NCBI GenBank assembly: GCA_964389675.1
Contig: CAYMEV010000028.1
Coordinates: forward strand, 1 to 39,272
Length of the DNA stretch: 39,272 nt
DNA from: an uncultured Candidatus Sumerlaeota bacterium
Lineage (GTDB): Bacteria > CAYMEV01
Direction of reading: 5' to 3'
Shown: positions 1 to 9,103 of the stretch, one piece after another
Position numbering within the stretch: the first letter of the stretch is position 1
Layout of the letters: each line of letters opens with the position of its first letter
The notes under the pieces: model-generated
What the model was told of the DNA's origin: nothing
The model's input: only the letters and a program-made list of their open reading frames with translations
Database searches by the model: none
Made by a program: the position numbers and the translations under genes

Positions 1-811
1 CCTTGCCGTCTCCTGTTATGTCATCTGCAAAGATCTGAGATGGCTTTGCCATCAAGATTGTTTCAAAGCCTCTGGTCTCAAAGTTATATAGATACAGCCT
101 GTCTATGCCTTCAAAGGTTACCAGCAGTTCATCAATGCCATCAGGATCTCCATCTGAATCCAAAGCAACTACAGTTTCTGCAGGATATTGAATAATTGGA
201 GACCAATTACTGCTTGATGTATCATATTGATACATGCCTATACCTGTAAATGATGCAATTATTGTTTTTTGCTGGCTTTGGCTTGTTTTTGCCAGTGCAA
301 TATAGTTTGAAGGTATATCTGTGATTTGTTCCCATGTCCCTTTATTTGGGTAAATATTACGGTAGATTCCTTCATAACCCGGCCTGATCACTCTTAATAC
401 AAGTTCTCCTGTATTTGCATCTACCTGGATTTGTGCTGCAGGTATTCCGTATAGTTGTGTCCATTTATTGATTTCTGATGTATGATCATAAATATATACA
501 CCTTCATATGCATTATCTATGCTATGCAGGCTAATTACAGCCTTATCAGCATAGGCAGCCATTGCATCAATATCAATCCCACTTATAATAAGCCTGAATA
601 TTAGAGGAGGCAGGAAATTTGCTGTTAATATTAAGTGCTGGTATGGCATTGTAAGCGTTGTACTTGGACTATTAGGGTCACTTACCGGTTCGGGCAAACC
701 TCCGATGTATGATGTACTCCAGTTTATAAATTCAAAGTCAAAGTCTTCTGATTCAGCTGCTGCAATAGCAATCTCATTACCTGGCTGGAATATCTCGGAT
801 TGACCATGAGG
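1..811 (-). pseudogene. 5'-truncated paralog of the C-terminal half (InlB-B-like + FG-GAP/VCBS repeats) of the 5448..8594 protein; frame open to the window edge
   Basis: Aligns to 5819..6632 with one 3-bp indel near 418. Translates without stops as PHGQSEIFQPG...TLTMPYQHLILTANF...DGDPDGIDELLV...DDITGDGK. It has no start of its own and directly follows the TAG of 812..2425. Confidence 0.85.
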
Positions 812-825
812 CTATTGAAAACCAT
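1..825. repeat. Direct repeat A1 (partner 5819..6646)
   Basis: By-eye alignment, offset 5818 then 5821; 450..736 is identical to 6271..6557. Confidence 0.95.
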
Positions 826-2425
826 CATCATCTCTTAAATCGATCGCATAAATATTTCCATTATAAACTCCATAAATTGTATTATCTGCAACAGCAATTG
901 TACTGAGAAAGCAATTGATTCTCCAGAGGGTATCCCCGGTAGTAATATCAATTGCAGATAGGTGGGACTTATCCTGATAAGACCTGCTTAATAATAAATT
1001 ACCATGTAATTGGCAAAAATCATGATTTAAGCCTTCATTTTTCATATTAAGGTCAAGGTTTTTAATGGTTTTGCCAGTTTTTGTATCAATCCCGTATAAA
1101 TACCGGCGATCTAAGACATAATAGAGCATTTGACCTGATATGCCAAGAATCTGAGTATAAGTAAGGCCTTTTTTCCAGAGGGTTTCGCCTGTATCGCTAT
1201 TGATAGCAGTGATATATGCAAGATAGGCATTGTGATTTCGATATATATGCCCGGTACTGTCAGAGAGGCCATCAAAGCTTTTATTAAAAATATAGCATAT
1301 CAGGAAAACCATATTGTCTGATTCTGAAAATAAAATATCATAATGGTGATATCTTGAGCCAGACTGTGTAATAATTAACCCGCCAAATACAGGTTCTAAA
1401 TCTACCAGTTTTTTTAACTTATATTCCCAGATTAGCTTACCATTCTCTGGCTCCAGTGCCCTAAATAGTGGCTGATCAGTATTGTGAATTATTGTATACA
1501 GCTTTTTATCGTCAGTATGCGGATTAATTCCTATTATATAAGATTCAGTTTTCCACAATATTTTCCCTGTATATTTATCAATCACATACAGGTACCTTTC
1601 CCATGGATAACGCAATGGTTCAATTACCAGTGCTGCCATGCTATTATATATACCGGACAGATGCATATCTGTATTTTCTGGTTTACCTCTTAGAAGCCAT
1701 TCTTTATAAGCATTAGTCCCCCTATGTTTACATGAAAAACCTTTAATAGGATGCCCATAGTATATTTTATCTGGCAGGAGAAATTCCCACAAGATGCTTC
1801 CATCTCGTGGATTTATTGCATGGATATATTCTCTGGTAGAAATAAATGGTCTATTTGATGAATTTATATCAATAATTTTTGCTGAATAACAGAAAAATAG
1901 GATATCATCATGGATATTGCTGTACATAAAGATAGATTCTGCAGGCATCTTAAGAGATGTATATTCCTTTAGATCTTTGGGTTTTATTCCCATTTCTATT
2001 TCAGATTTCAACTGATCAAGCAGGTCCTTTACAGGCGTTTTTTTTTGCTCGATCTTCCATACGACAGATCCGTTATAAATATTCAATGCATAACAGCTGC
2101 CACTGCTTAATGCTATTAACACAAGCTCTTCATAAAATAATGGATCATCAAAACAGTAGATATCCCTTTCAAAATCAAAGCTCCAAAGCTCATCTCCACT
2201 TATGCCGTCCATGGCATACAAAATGCCTTTTTCTAAATAAGCAAATATTATTCCTTTATATGCAAAAGGCCTGCTATCTACAGGCATCTCAGATCTCCAC
2301 TTCCACCATTTAGGATGGTTAATTTCCTGCGGTATTGCAGAAGGCTTTGAAGAATAATGATGTGCAGTACAAGCTGAAATGAAAGCTAAAACAGACAAGA
2401 TAATGACTATCTGGTAATATCTCAT
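812..2425 (-). CDS. PQQ-like/BamB-type beta-propeller lipoprotein (paralog B)
   Basis: Lipobox ISAC; repeated LYA(M/L)D..G...W propeller motifs; paralog of 3849..5399. Confidence 0.85.
   Translation of the reverse strand: MRYYQIVIILSVLAFISACTAHHYSSKPSAIPQEINHPKWWKWRSEMPVDSRPFAYKGIIFAYLEKGILYAMDGISGDELWSFDFERDIYCFDDPLFYEELVLIALSSGSCYALNIYNGSVVWKIEQKKTPVKDLLDQLKSEIEMGIKPKDLKEYTSLKMPAESIFMYSNIHDDILFFCYSAKIIDINSSNRPFISTREYIHAINPRDGSILWEFLLPDKIYYGHPIKGFSCKHRGTNAYKEWLLRGKPENTDMHLSGIYNSMAALVIEPLRYPWERYLYVIDKYTGKILWKTESYIIGINPHTDDKKLYTIIHNTDQPLFRALEPENGKLIWEYKLKKLVDLEPVFGGLIITQSGSRYHHYDILFSESDNMVFLICYIFNKSFDGLSDSTGHIYRNHNAYLAYITAINSDTGETLWKKGLTYTQILGISGQMLYYVLDRRYLYGIDTKTGKTIKNLDLNMKNEGLNHDFCQLHGNLLLSRSYQDKSHLSAIDITTGDTLWRINCFLSTIAVADNTIYGVYNGNIYAIDLRDDDGFQ
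1888..2309. repeat. Direct repeat B1 (partner 4862..5283)
   Basis: Offset 2974; 1888..2230 identical, five mismatches in 2231..2300 by eye. Confidence 0.95.
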
Positions 2426-2489
2426 ATTAATTATCCCTATGTTTAATAATAAAAATAAATCGAATTAAGATAAATCAGGAAAAGACACA

Positions 2490-2579
2490 TCAGTCAGGTT
2501 CTCCATAAATAAAGAGACTTTCTATGTTTGGGCAATACAAAATAAGATCATCAATTAATGCTTCTGTGAATTTTCCTGA
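2490..2579 (-). pseudogene. Last 29 codons of a third protease/FG-GAP paralog
   Basis: Reads SGKFTEALIDDLILYCPNIESLFIYGEPD* versus SGKFTERLKDDLILYDQYIERLFIYGEPE* at 5448..5537 (22/29 identical). Confidence 0.9.
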
Positions 2580-2773
2580 TCGGTATCACAGCTCATCCAT
2601 CTGCATGGAAAAGCTTTCCTTAGATGGTATGACAATACTCCCTTATCACAGCCTATCTCAAGTATATTCCCCGGGTCTTTTGTTTTCAGCAGGCTTATGA
2701 TATTTTTCAGCTTTCTGTTCTTTTTCAGTGATAGTGAGGACAGCTCCAGCTGCCAGTGTTTTTTTTCTTTCAT
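2555..2773 (-). pseudogene. 3'-truncated class I SAM-dependent methyltransferase
   Basis: Motif I ILEIGCDKG and second strand WMSCD; runs into the protease-tail remnant and stops at 72 aa. Confidence 0.75.
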
Positions 2774-2994
2774 TAAAGATGCTTTTATGTATTAACTATA
2801 TTTTGTCAATAAATATAATTAATGGGTCAAACCAGATCAAGCCAAAATAAAAATTTCTCTTTTTTACCAATTTAAAAATTTTTGTTTTTTTAAATATTCA
2901 AACTGTACATATCTGTTCATACTGACTGCTTTTTATCATAATATTTTTGCTTGAGGCAATAGGGTGTGCAAGTATATTTGTCTTAAAGATAATC

Positions 2995-3831
2995 TCAGCG
3001 CATTACAGCCCTAAATCCAAAAAAGACTGATCGAAGATTTGGAGAGAAATATATTCTTCTTGCAGCTCTCAAATCATAATAATTGCTACGCCAGCTCCCC
3101 CCTTTTAGTACACGGTCTGTGCCATCTGGGGGACCTTTAGGATTTATTGCACTTAATAATATATGTTCGCCATACCAGTCAAAGCACCACTCCCATACAT
3201 TTCCATGCATATCATATAATCCCCAGTAATTGGGCAGATTTTCTCCAACCTCACAGTGAGATTCTCTATATGAGATATAATATCTTCCTGGCATATCATG
3301 TATTGGCAAAACAATTACATTACATATATACTCACTAAATCCTTGGGTGATCAAGTTACTGTGAGAATTATATTTATCCTCAAAAAATAGAGCCCTCTGT
3401 GAGCCAGCTCTGCATGCGTATTCCCATTCTGCTTCTGTTGGGAGTTCCCATTTCAATCTGGTAATGGCAGATAATTTTACACAAAAATCATATGCATCAT
3501 GCCATGATATATTTTCTACCGGGTGTTTCTTTCCCTTAATAATACTTGGATTTATTCCAGTAACTGCTTCATAAAGCTCTTGAGTAACTTCTGTTTCCAT
3601 CATCCAGAAGCTTTCTGTCAGGATAACTTCATGCTGGGTTTCATTATCTCTCCGGTCTTTTTCAGATTCAGGAGAGCCCATTATGAATTTTCCAGAAGGT
3701 ATATAGACAACTTCGAAACTAGTCCCTTTAATTGAGAATTCCTTCCTTTCACCTATAATCTGTGAGTGCGTATAATGCGTTAAATACAAAATAATGCAGA
3801 TAAAAAATGGAATAAGTATTTTTCTTTTCAT
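2995..3831 (-). CDS. Secreted FGE-sulfatase (SUMF1/formylglycine-generating-enzyme fold) domain protein
   Basis: F.MGS, TEVTQ, LPTEAEWEYACRAG, N.WGLYDMHGNVWEWC, RV.KGGSW, GFR motifs; N-terminal signal peptide. Confidence 0.93.
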   Translation of the reverse strand: MKRKILIPFFICIILYLTHYTHSQIIGERKEFSIKGTSFEVVYIPSGKFIMGSPESEKDRRDNETQHEVILTESFWMMETEVTQELYEAVTGINPSIIKGKKHPVENISWHDAYDFCVKLSAITRLKWELPTEAEWEYACRAGSQRALFFEDKYNSHSNLITQGFSEYICNVIVLPIHDMPGRYYISYRESHCEVGENLPNYWGLYDMHGNVWEWCFDWYGEHILLSAINPKGPPDGTDRVLKGGSWRSNYYDLRAARRIYFSPNLRSVFFGFRAVMR

Positions 3832-3848
3832 ATTATAAGTTAGAATTC

Positions 3849-5399
3849 TTATTTATATTCATCAGAGCTATCATCAATTTTTCTGTCGATTGCATAGATC
3901 CTCTTTAAATAAGAACAATAAATCATATTGTTTGCTGCAATGACATTTCTTAGAGGATTGTCAATTCTCCATATTACATTCCCTGTATTGATATCAATCG
4001 CAGATATATGGGACGAACCACTACTAGAGCTGATTAATAATATATTACCATGCAATTGGAGAAAATCATGAAAAAAATCCTCGTTTTGCAATTTAAGGCT
4101 ATTTAGTGTTAAGCCTGTTTTTATATTCAGCCTGCTTAAATTATTCCTATCAGAGATGCAGTAGATGATATTGCCGGATATTTTTAGAACTTTAGCTCTA
4201 AATTTAAAGATTCGTTTCCAGAGAACCTGTCCATTGTTGGTATCTATAGCTATCAAGTACAGAGGCCATTTACAATGCTGATCAGGTATATTATCGTAGC
4301 ACTCCAGAATAACGGTATCTTCAGATTTAGAAAAGAGAAAATCTAAATGTCCGTATTTACCATTCATAAAACATCCTCCAGCAAGAGGTTCTATGTCCTC
4401 CAGCTTTTTAAGTTTATATTCCCAGATCAGATCACCATTTTCAGGGGCCAGTGCTCGAAATAAAGGATGATAATTATCATGAATTAGAGTATACAGCTTT
4501 CCATCATCAGTATATGGGTTCATTCTTATTAAATAAGAATTCGCTTCCCATAATAATTCTCCTGTATTTTTATCCAGTGCAAATAGAAATGGCTCGAATG
4601 CAAAAAGAGCAATATACCCATATATTCCCAAAATGTTTTGATATGTATTATCTGGCTTATTATAAGTCAGCCTTTTCCTGTATGCATTAGTAGTATTATA
4701 TTTGCAGGAAAAACCCTCAATGGGATATCCTGAATAGATTCTTTCCGGCAGGGGAAATTCCCACAAGATGCTTCCATTTCCAGGATTAATTGCCATGATA
4801 TAGTCTTTAGTAGTCGCAAAAGGCCTGTATGATGAATCAATCTCAATGATATCTGTAGAAAAACAGAAAAATAGGATATCATCATGGATATTGCTGTACA
4901 TAAAGATAGATTCTGCAGGCATCTTAAGAGATGTATATTCCTTTAGATCTTTGGGTTTTATTCCCATTTCTATTTCAGATTTCAACTGATCAAGCAGGTC
5001 CTTTACAGGCGTTTTTTTTTGCTCGATCTTCCATACGACAGATCCGTTATAAATATTCAATGCATAACAGCTGCCACTGCTTAATGCTATTAACACAAGC
5101 TCTTCATAAAATAATGGATCATCAAAACAGTAGATATCCCTTTCAAAATCAAAGCTCCAAAGCTCATCTCCACTTATGCCGTCCATGGCATACAAAATGC
5201 CTTTCTCTGAATATGCAAATATTATTCCTTTATATGCAAAAGGCCTGCTATCTACAGGCTTCTCAGATCTCCATTTCCACCATCTGTTCTGACTGGCCTC
5301 AGGTTGTATGGATGAGGGACCTGACGGATAATCCGGTGTGGAGCAGGATGATATAATAATTGAAAGGAGCAGGGTAAGTATTATCTTATAATTTCTCAT
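3849..5399 (-). CDS. PQQ-like/BamB-type beta-propeller lipoprotein (paralog A)
   Basis: Lipobox ISSC; LFALDKNTGELLW-type repeats. Confidence 0.85.
   Translation of the reverse strand: MRNYKIILTLLLSIIISSCSTPDYPSGPSSIQPEASQNRWWKWRSEKPVDSRPFAYKGIIFAYSEKGILYAMDGISGDELWSFDFERDIYCFDDPLFYEELVLIALSSGSCYALNIYNGSVVWKIEQKKTPVKDLLDQLKSEIEMGIKPKDLKEYTSLKMPAESIFMYSNIHDDILFFCFSTDIIEIDSSYRPFATTKDYIMAINPGNGSILWEFPLPERIYSGYPIEGFSCKYNTTNAYRKRLTYNKPDNTYQNILGIYGYIALFAFEPFLFALDKNTGELLWEANSYLIRMNPYTDDGKLYTLIHDNYHPLFRALAPENGDLIWEYKLKKLEDIEPLAGGCFMNGKYGHLDFLFSKSEDTVILECYDNIPDQHCKWPLYLIAIDTNNGQVLWKRIFKFRAKVLKISGNIIYCISDRNNLSRLNIKTGLTLNSLKLQNEDFFHDFLQLHGNILLISSSSGSSHISAIDINTGNVIWRIDNPLRNVIAANNMIYCSYLKRIYAIDRKIDDSSDEYK
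4862..5283. repeat. Direct repeat B2 (partner 1888..2309)
   Basis: Near-identical sequence; duplicated antisense ORFs at 1957 and 4931. Confidence 0.95.
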
Positions 5400-5447
5400 A
5401 TCAACATCCTGATATAATCTTAAAAATTATAAGATATTTTGCAAGCA

Positions 5448-8400
5448 TTATTCAGGCTCTCCATATATAAAAAGCCTCTCAATGTACTGATCGTAGAGGA
5501 TTAGATCATCTTTTAACCTTTCCGTAAATTTCCCTGATATAATCCTTTTGAAAGGAGCATGCACCAGGACTGACCATTCATCTGTGTCATACTGATAATA
5601 ATAGGTGCTTCCATTATATGTCATCAGTACCTCTTTATAGGACCCATAATCAAAATCACCTGTTGCTATTAGATGATCTTCGTCTGGTGTGCCTGATGTG
5701 ATTCTGGTCCATAGGAACCCTTTATTCTTATAATTATGAGGCAGACTGATAGCATCCTTATCATCAGAACGAGTTGCAATATAAGTTCCGATGCCATCAA
5801 TTGCGCATATCAGCTCATCCTTGCCATCTCCTGTTATGTCATCTGCAAAGATCTGAGATGGCTTTGCCATCAAGATTGTTTCAAAGCCTCTGGTCTCAAA
5901 GCTATATAGATAAAGCCGATCTATGCCTTCAAAGGATACCAGCAGTTCATCAATGCCATCAGGATCTCCATCTGAGTTTAATGCAACTACAGTTTCTGCA
6001 GGATATTGAATAATTGGAGACCAATTACTGCTTGAAATATCATATTGATACAGCCCTATACCGCTAAATGATGCAATTATTGTATTTTGCTGGCTTTGGC
6101 TCGTTTTTGCCAGTGCAATAGAGTTTGCAAGTATATCTGATATCTGCTCCCATGTCCCATTATTTGGGTAAATATTGCGGTAGATGCCTTCATAACCCGG
6201 TCTTATCACTCTTAATACAAATTCTCCTGTATTTGCTGCATCTACCTGGATCTGTGCTGCAGGTATTCCATATAGTTGTGTCCATTTATTGATTTCTGAT
6301 GTATGATCATAAATATATACACCTTCATATGCATTATCTATGCTATGCAGGCTAATTACAGCCTTATCAGCATAGGCAGCCATTGCATCAATATCAATCC
6401 CACTTATAATAAGCCTGAATATTAGAGGAGGCAGGAAATTTGCTGTTAATATTAAGTGCTGGTATGGCATTGTAAGCGTTGTACTTGGACTATTAGGGTC
6501 ACTTACCGGTTCGGGCAAACCTCCGATGTATGATGTACTCCAGTTTATAAATTCAAATTCAAAATCTTCAGACTCAATAGCTGCAATAGCAATCTCAACA
6601 CCTGGCTGGAATATCTCGGATTGACCATGAGTCCACTGAACACCATTTATAGTGATCTGATTTCCATGTTTATAGTTTAAGGCATATTCAGGTGAACAAT
6701 AAAGGGTTAGATAATGATTGCCATCATTTATCCTATACCTGGCTGCCATTCTCTGAGCATACTCTATTGTTCTTGCATTATAGCCATCCTGTATATCTCC
6801 CGTTACATCATCGTCTATATGAAGCTGCAGATATGGGTTTGAAAAAACACCAATCCTATAGTCACCCGGGTATTGAAGGCCGTAGGTCATTACAGTATCA
6901 TATATAAGATATGGATAAGCATAAAACTGCCATCCGGCAGAATTGGTGAAAAGCTGTGGACCGCGGGCATCAATATCAGTCATATTTTTATGATGTCCAG
7001 CCCCAAGCAGGTGCCCTATCTCATGAATAAAGCTGAGTATCCTGCTGTTATTAAAGTCATAAAGATCAATAACTGCAAATGCTAAGTCTGCACCAACTCC
7101 AAGACCTTTGTTTTTAAGTGGCCATGCTGTGCCTGTAATACCACCATCCAGTGCTGATGATGTAAATAAGAGAGTTAGGTCTGCATTATATGTATCTCTT
7201 AATTCATGTATATCATCCATATAATATTTATAGTCTCCATTTTGTTCATTAGGAGGAATCCGGCTATATATGTTAAGTGGATGGGTTTCTTCTGTGCATG
7301 TCAGGCGACGTAACTCCACATCAATCTTATATGAGACGCCTGGATATACTGGAGTTCCATTATATTCTATATAGTTAGTTTTTGCATAATGAGCAAGAGA
7401 CACTTTGGTGCATGCTCCACCACCGCATATAGGCTCGTATATTATGTTTTCAGGGTAACGACCAAGTGCATAATTAAGATTCTCCATATGTAAGGCAATA
7501 AAATTATTTACACCACCTCCATATTGGTATTTCATAATTATCTCAGCTTTTGGTGTATATAGTATCATTAGTGTAAGTTCATCAATATCAACTTCAGGAT
7601 GATCTCCATATTCTCCTCTGGGAGGAATCAGAAAATTTGCAATAAGATTAACATGTTGAGAAGGCATTTTGAATTTGATTTTAGACGCTTGTGCAAGATT
7701 ATACCAGTTGACATCTTCATCAAAAGGCTCTAGCTCTTCCATGAAGTCTGGCCAGTTAGTCGATTGCCACTCTAAAAATAGGCATTGTTCATTTCCTGTT
7801 CCATAATATGGATCTTCAGAGGGAATTGGACTTATTGGAGAGAATTCATCACCGAAACTTATATAAATCTCTTGTGTTTCAACCATAGGTAATGCATTGG
7901 GATAAGTTGGGAAAATATACCAGTCAGAACCTCCATCATAATTATAGCGGATTATTTCCACAGGATCATTTACTGCATCTTGATCATTGGATGTTTTTTG
8001 TATTGTTAGGCCATAACTAGTCAATTCTAATAGCTGAGCAGGAAATTTGTTTTTTATCTCTAGGGTTCCCTGTATAGTTGGATTCTCATTATCGGTGGCT
8101 AAGATAGACTCTCCAATGCTAAAGAAGTTCTGATTTTCTGGGTCGAACTGTATCAGATATGTGTTTTTGTTGTAAGGGTTAGTATTAATAGCAAATAAGT
8201 CAATTTTTTCATCGATTATCTCAATAATCCCAAAAATCTCTCCATTGAATGAAGTGATAATAATCTTGCTGTAGCAGCTGTCTTCAACAAATGCAGTAAT
8301 AACATGGCTACCGGTAAAGGATTTGCCACATTTTATCACTTTTGCATGATATTCCTTACCGTCAGTAAGATTTAAAGCTATATAATCACCTCTCTTAACC

Positions 8401-8594
8401 TTATTTAAGATGATATCCTTATTAATTTCTATCCTTCTAATGTTCAGGGAAGGCTGGTATAACTCCTGGATATGTTTCTCTACAGATTTTTGGGGATGGA
8501 TTTTGCTAATCAGAAGATGTTCAGTCTGAGACAGAGCTATTATTGGAGAAATAAGCAGGAAACATATAAATAAGAACACAGTGCATGTTTGCAT
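5448..8594 (-). CDS. Secreted metzincin (reprolysin/M12-like) zinc metalloprotease with InlB-B-like domains and C-terminal FG-GAP/VCBS repeats
   Basis: HEIGHLLGAGH zinc motif and Met-turn DTVMTY; KMPSQHVNLIANF and TMPYQHLILTANF; DITGDGKDELI, DGDPDGIDELLV; hydrophobic signal peptide. Confidence 0.88.
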   Translation of the reverse strand: MQTCTVFLFICFLLISPIIALSQTEHLLISKIHPQKSVEKHIQELYQPSLNIRRIEINKDIILNKVKRGDYIALNLTDGKEYHAKVIKCGKSFTGSHVITAFVEDSCYSKIIITSFNGEIFGIIEIIDEKIDLFAINTNPYNKNTYLIQFDPENQNFFSIGESILATDNENPTIQGTLEIKNKFPAQLLELTSYGLTIQKTSNDQDAVNDPVEIIRYNYDGGSDWYIFPTYPNALPMVETQEIYISFGDEFSPISPIPSEDPYYGTGNEQCLFLEWQSTNWPDFMEELEPFDEDVNWYNLAQASKIKFKMPSQHVNLIANFLIPPRGEYGDHPEVDIDELTLMILYTPKAEIIMKYQYGGGVNNFIALHMENLNYALGRYPENIIYEPICGGGACTKVSLAHYAKTNYIEYNGTPVYPGVSYKIDVELRRLTCTEETHPLNIYSRIPPNEQNGDYKYYMDDIHELRDTYNADLTLLFTSSALDGGITGTAWPLKNKGLGVGADLAFAVIDLYDFNNSRILSFIHEIGHLLGAGHHKNMTDIDARGPQLFTNSAGWQFYAYPYLIYDTVMTYGLQYPGDYRIGVFSNPYLQLHIDDDVTGDIQDGYNARTIEYAQRMAARYRINDGNHYLTLYCSPEYALNYKHGNQITINGVQWTHGQSEIFQPGVEIAIAAIESEDFEFEFINWSTSYIGGLPEPVSDPNSPSTTLTMPYQHLILTANFLPPLIFRLIISGIDIDAMAAYADKAVISLHSIDNAYEGVYIYDHTSEINKWTQLYGIPAAQIQVDAANTGEFVLRVIRPGYEGIYRNIYPNNGTWEQISDILANSIALAKTSQSQQNTIIASFSGIGLYQYDISSSNWSPIIQYPAETVVALNSDGDPDGIDELLVSFEGIDRLYLYSFETRGFETILMAKPSQIFADDITGDGKDELICAIDGIGTYIATRSDDKDAISLPHNYKNKGFLWTRITSGTPDEDHLIATGDFDYGSYKEVLMTYNGSTYYYQYDTDEWSVLVHAPFKRIISGKFTERLKDDLILYDQYIERLFIYGEPE
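5819..6646. repeat. Direct repeat A2 (partner 1..825)
   Basis: By-eye alignment. Confidence 0.95.
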
Positions 8595-8610
8595 GTTTGC
8601 ATGTTTGCAT
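8581..8610 (-). repeat. Simple sequence repeat (ATGCAAAC)x3 + ATGCAC over the protease start codon
   Basis: Plus strand reads gtgcat gtttgcat gtttgcat gtttgcat; RBS AAGGAG at 8618..8623. Confidence 0.95.
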
Positions 8611-8646
8611 TTATTATCTCCTTTATATAAAAATTATTCATTTGAA

Positions 8647-8675
8647 GTTGTATCTCTTGATTAGGGTTATGTCAA
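8647..8675 (-). promoter_or_regulatory. sigma70-type promoter of the protease operon
   Basis: TTGACA-17 nt-TACAAC on the minus strand. Confidence 0.6.
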
Positions 8676-9074
8676 TAGTTTTTAATGTATTGCAAATACA
8701 GAATAGGAGTATATAAGGGAAGTGTGGCACAAGATTTTACTCATTTAAAGAGATATTATTAAATTATAAAAAATTCGATAATATATCTATTATATTTTTG
8801 TTTATATAATATTTAAAATTATATCAATGAGAAAATCGATTTATCATTAACAGGTTTAAAATGAAAATTTTTATAATCAAGTAGATATTGTGATAGTCTG
8901 AATATTTTATAACAACGAAATTTTTTTAAATTGGATAATTAATTTATATCTGAAAGTTGATAAGAATTTGAATAATTTAACCAATATAATAGGATGCTTT
9001 GAATAAAAGCTAAGGTTATTTAATTTATATGGAATTTTTACGTAATCTAATTCCAAAATTACCAATATTTTGCT

Positions 9075-9103
9075 TTTACTTTGATTATTATTTTTGATAA
9101 TAT
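9075..9103 (+). promoter_or_regulatory. Possible sigma70 promoter of the Cache/NCS2 operon
   Basis: TTTACT-17 nt-TAATAT; the AT-rich context weakens the call. Confidence 0.35.

Noticed and set aside
812-814. Genome-wide TAG recoding
   Set aside because: TAG ends the full-length XRE gene (17938), and the TAG of 36420..39173 is followed by TAA four codons later
2038-2046. A9 tract in both PQQ genes (also 5012..5020) as a phase-variation site
   Set aside because: In frame and equal length in both copies; such tracts are expected in AT-rich DNA
1957-5356. Duplicated plus-strand ORFs at 1957..2313 and 4931..5356
   Set aside because: Antisense shadows of the repeated block in the PQQ genes
1-6646. 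Repeat pairs as DGR template/variable repeats
   Set aside because: Mismatches are not adenine-specific or one-directional (many C/T changes), and there is no RT gene in the window
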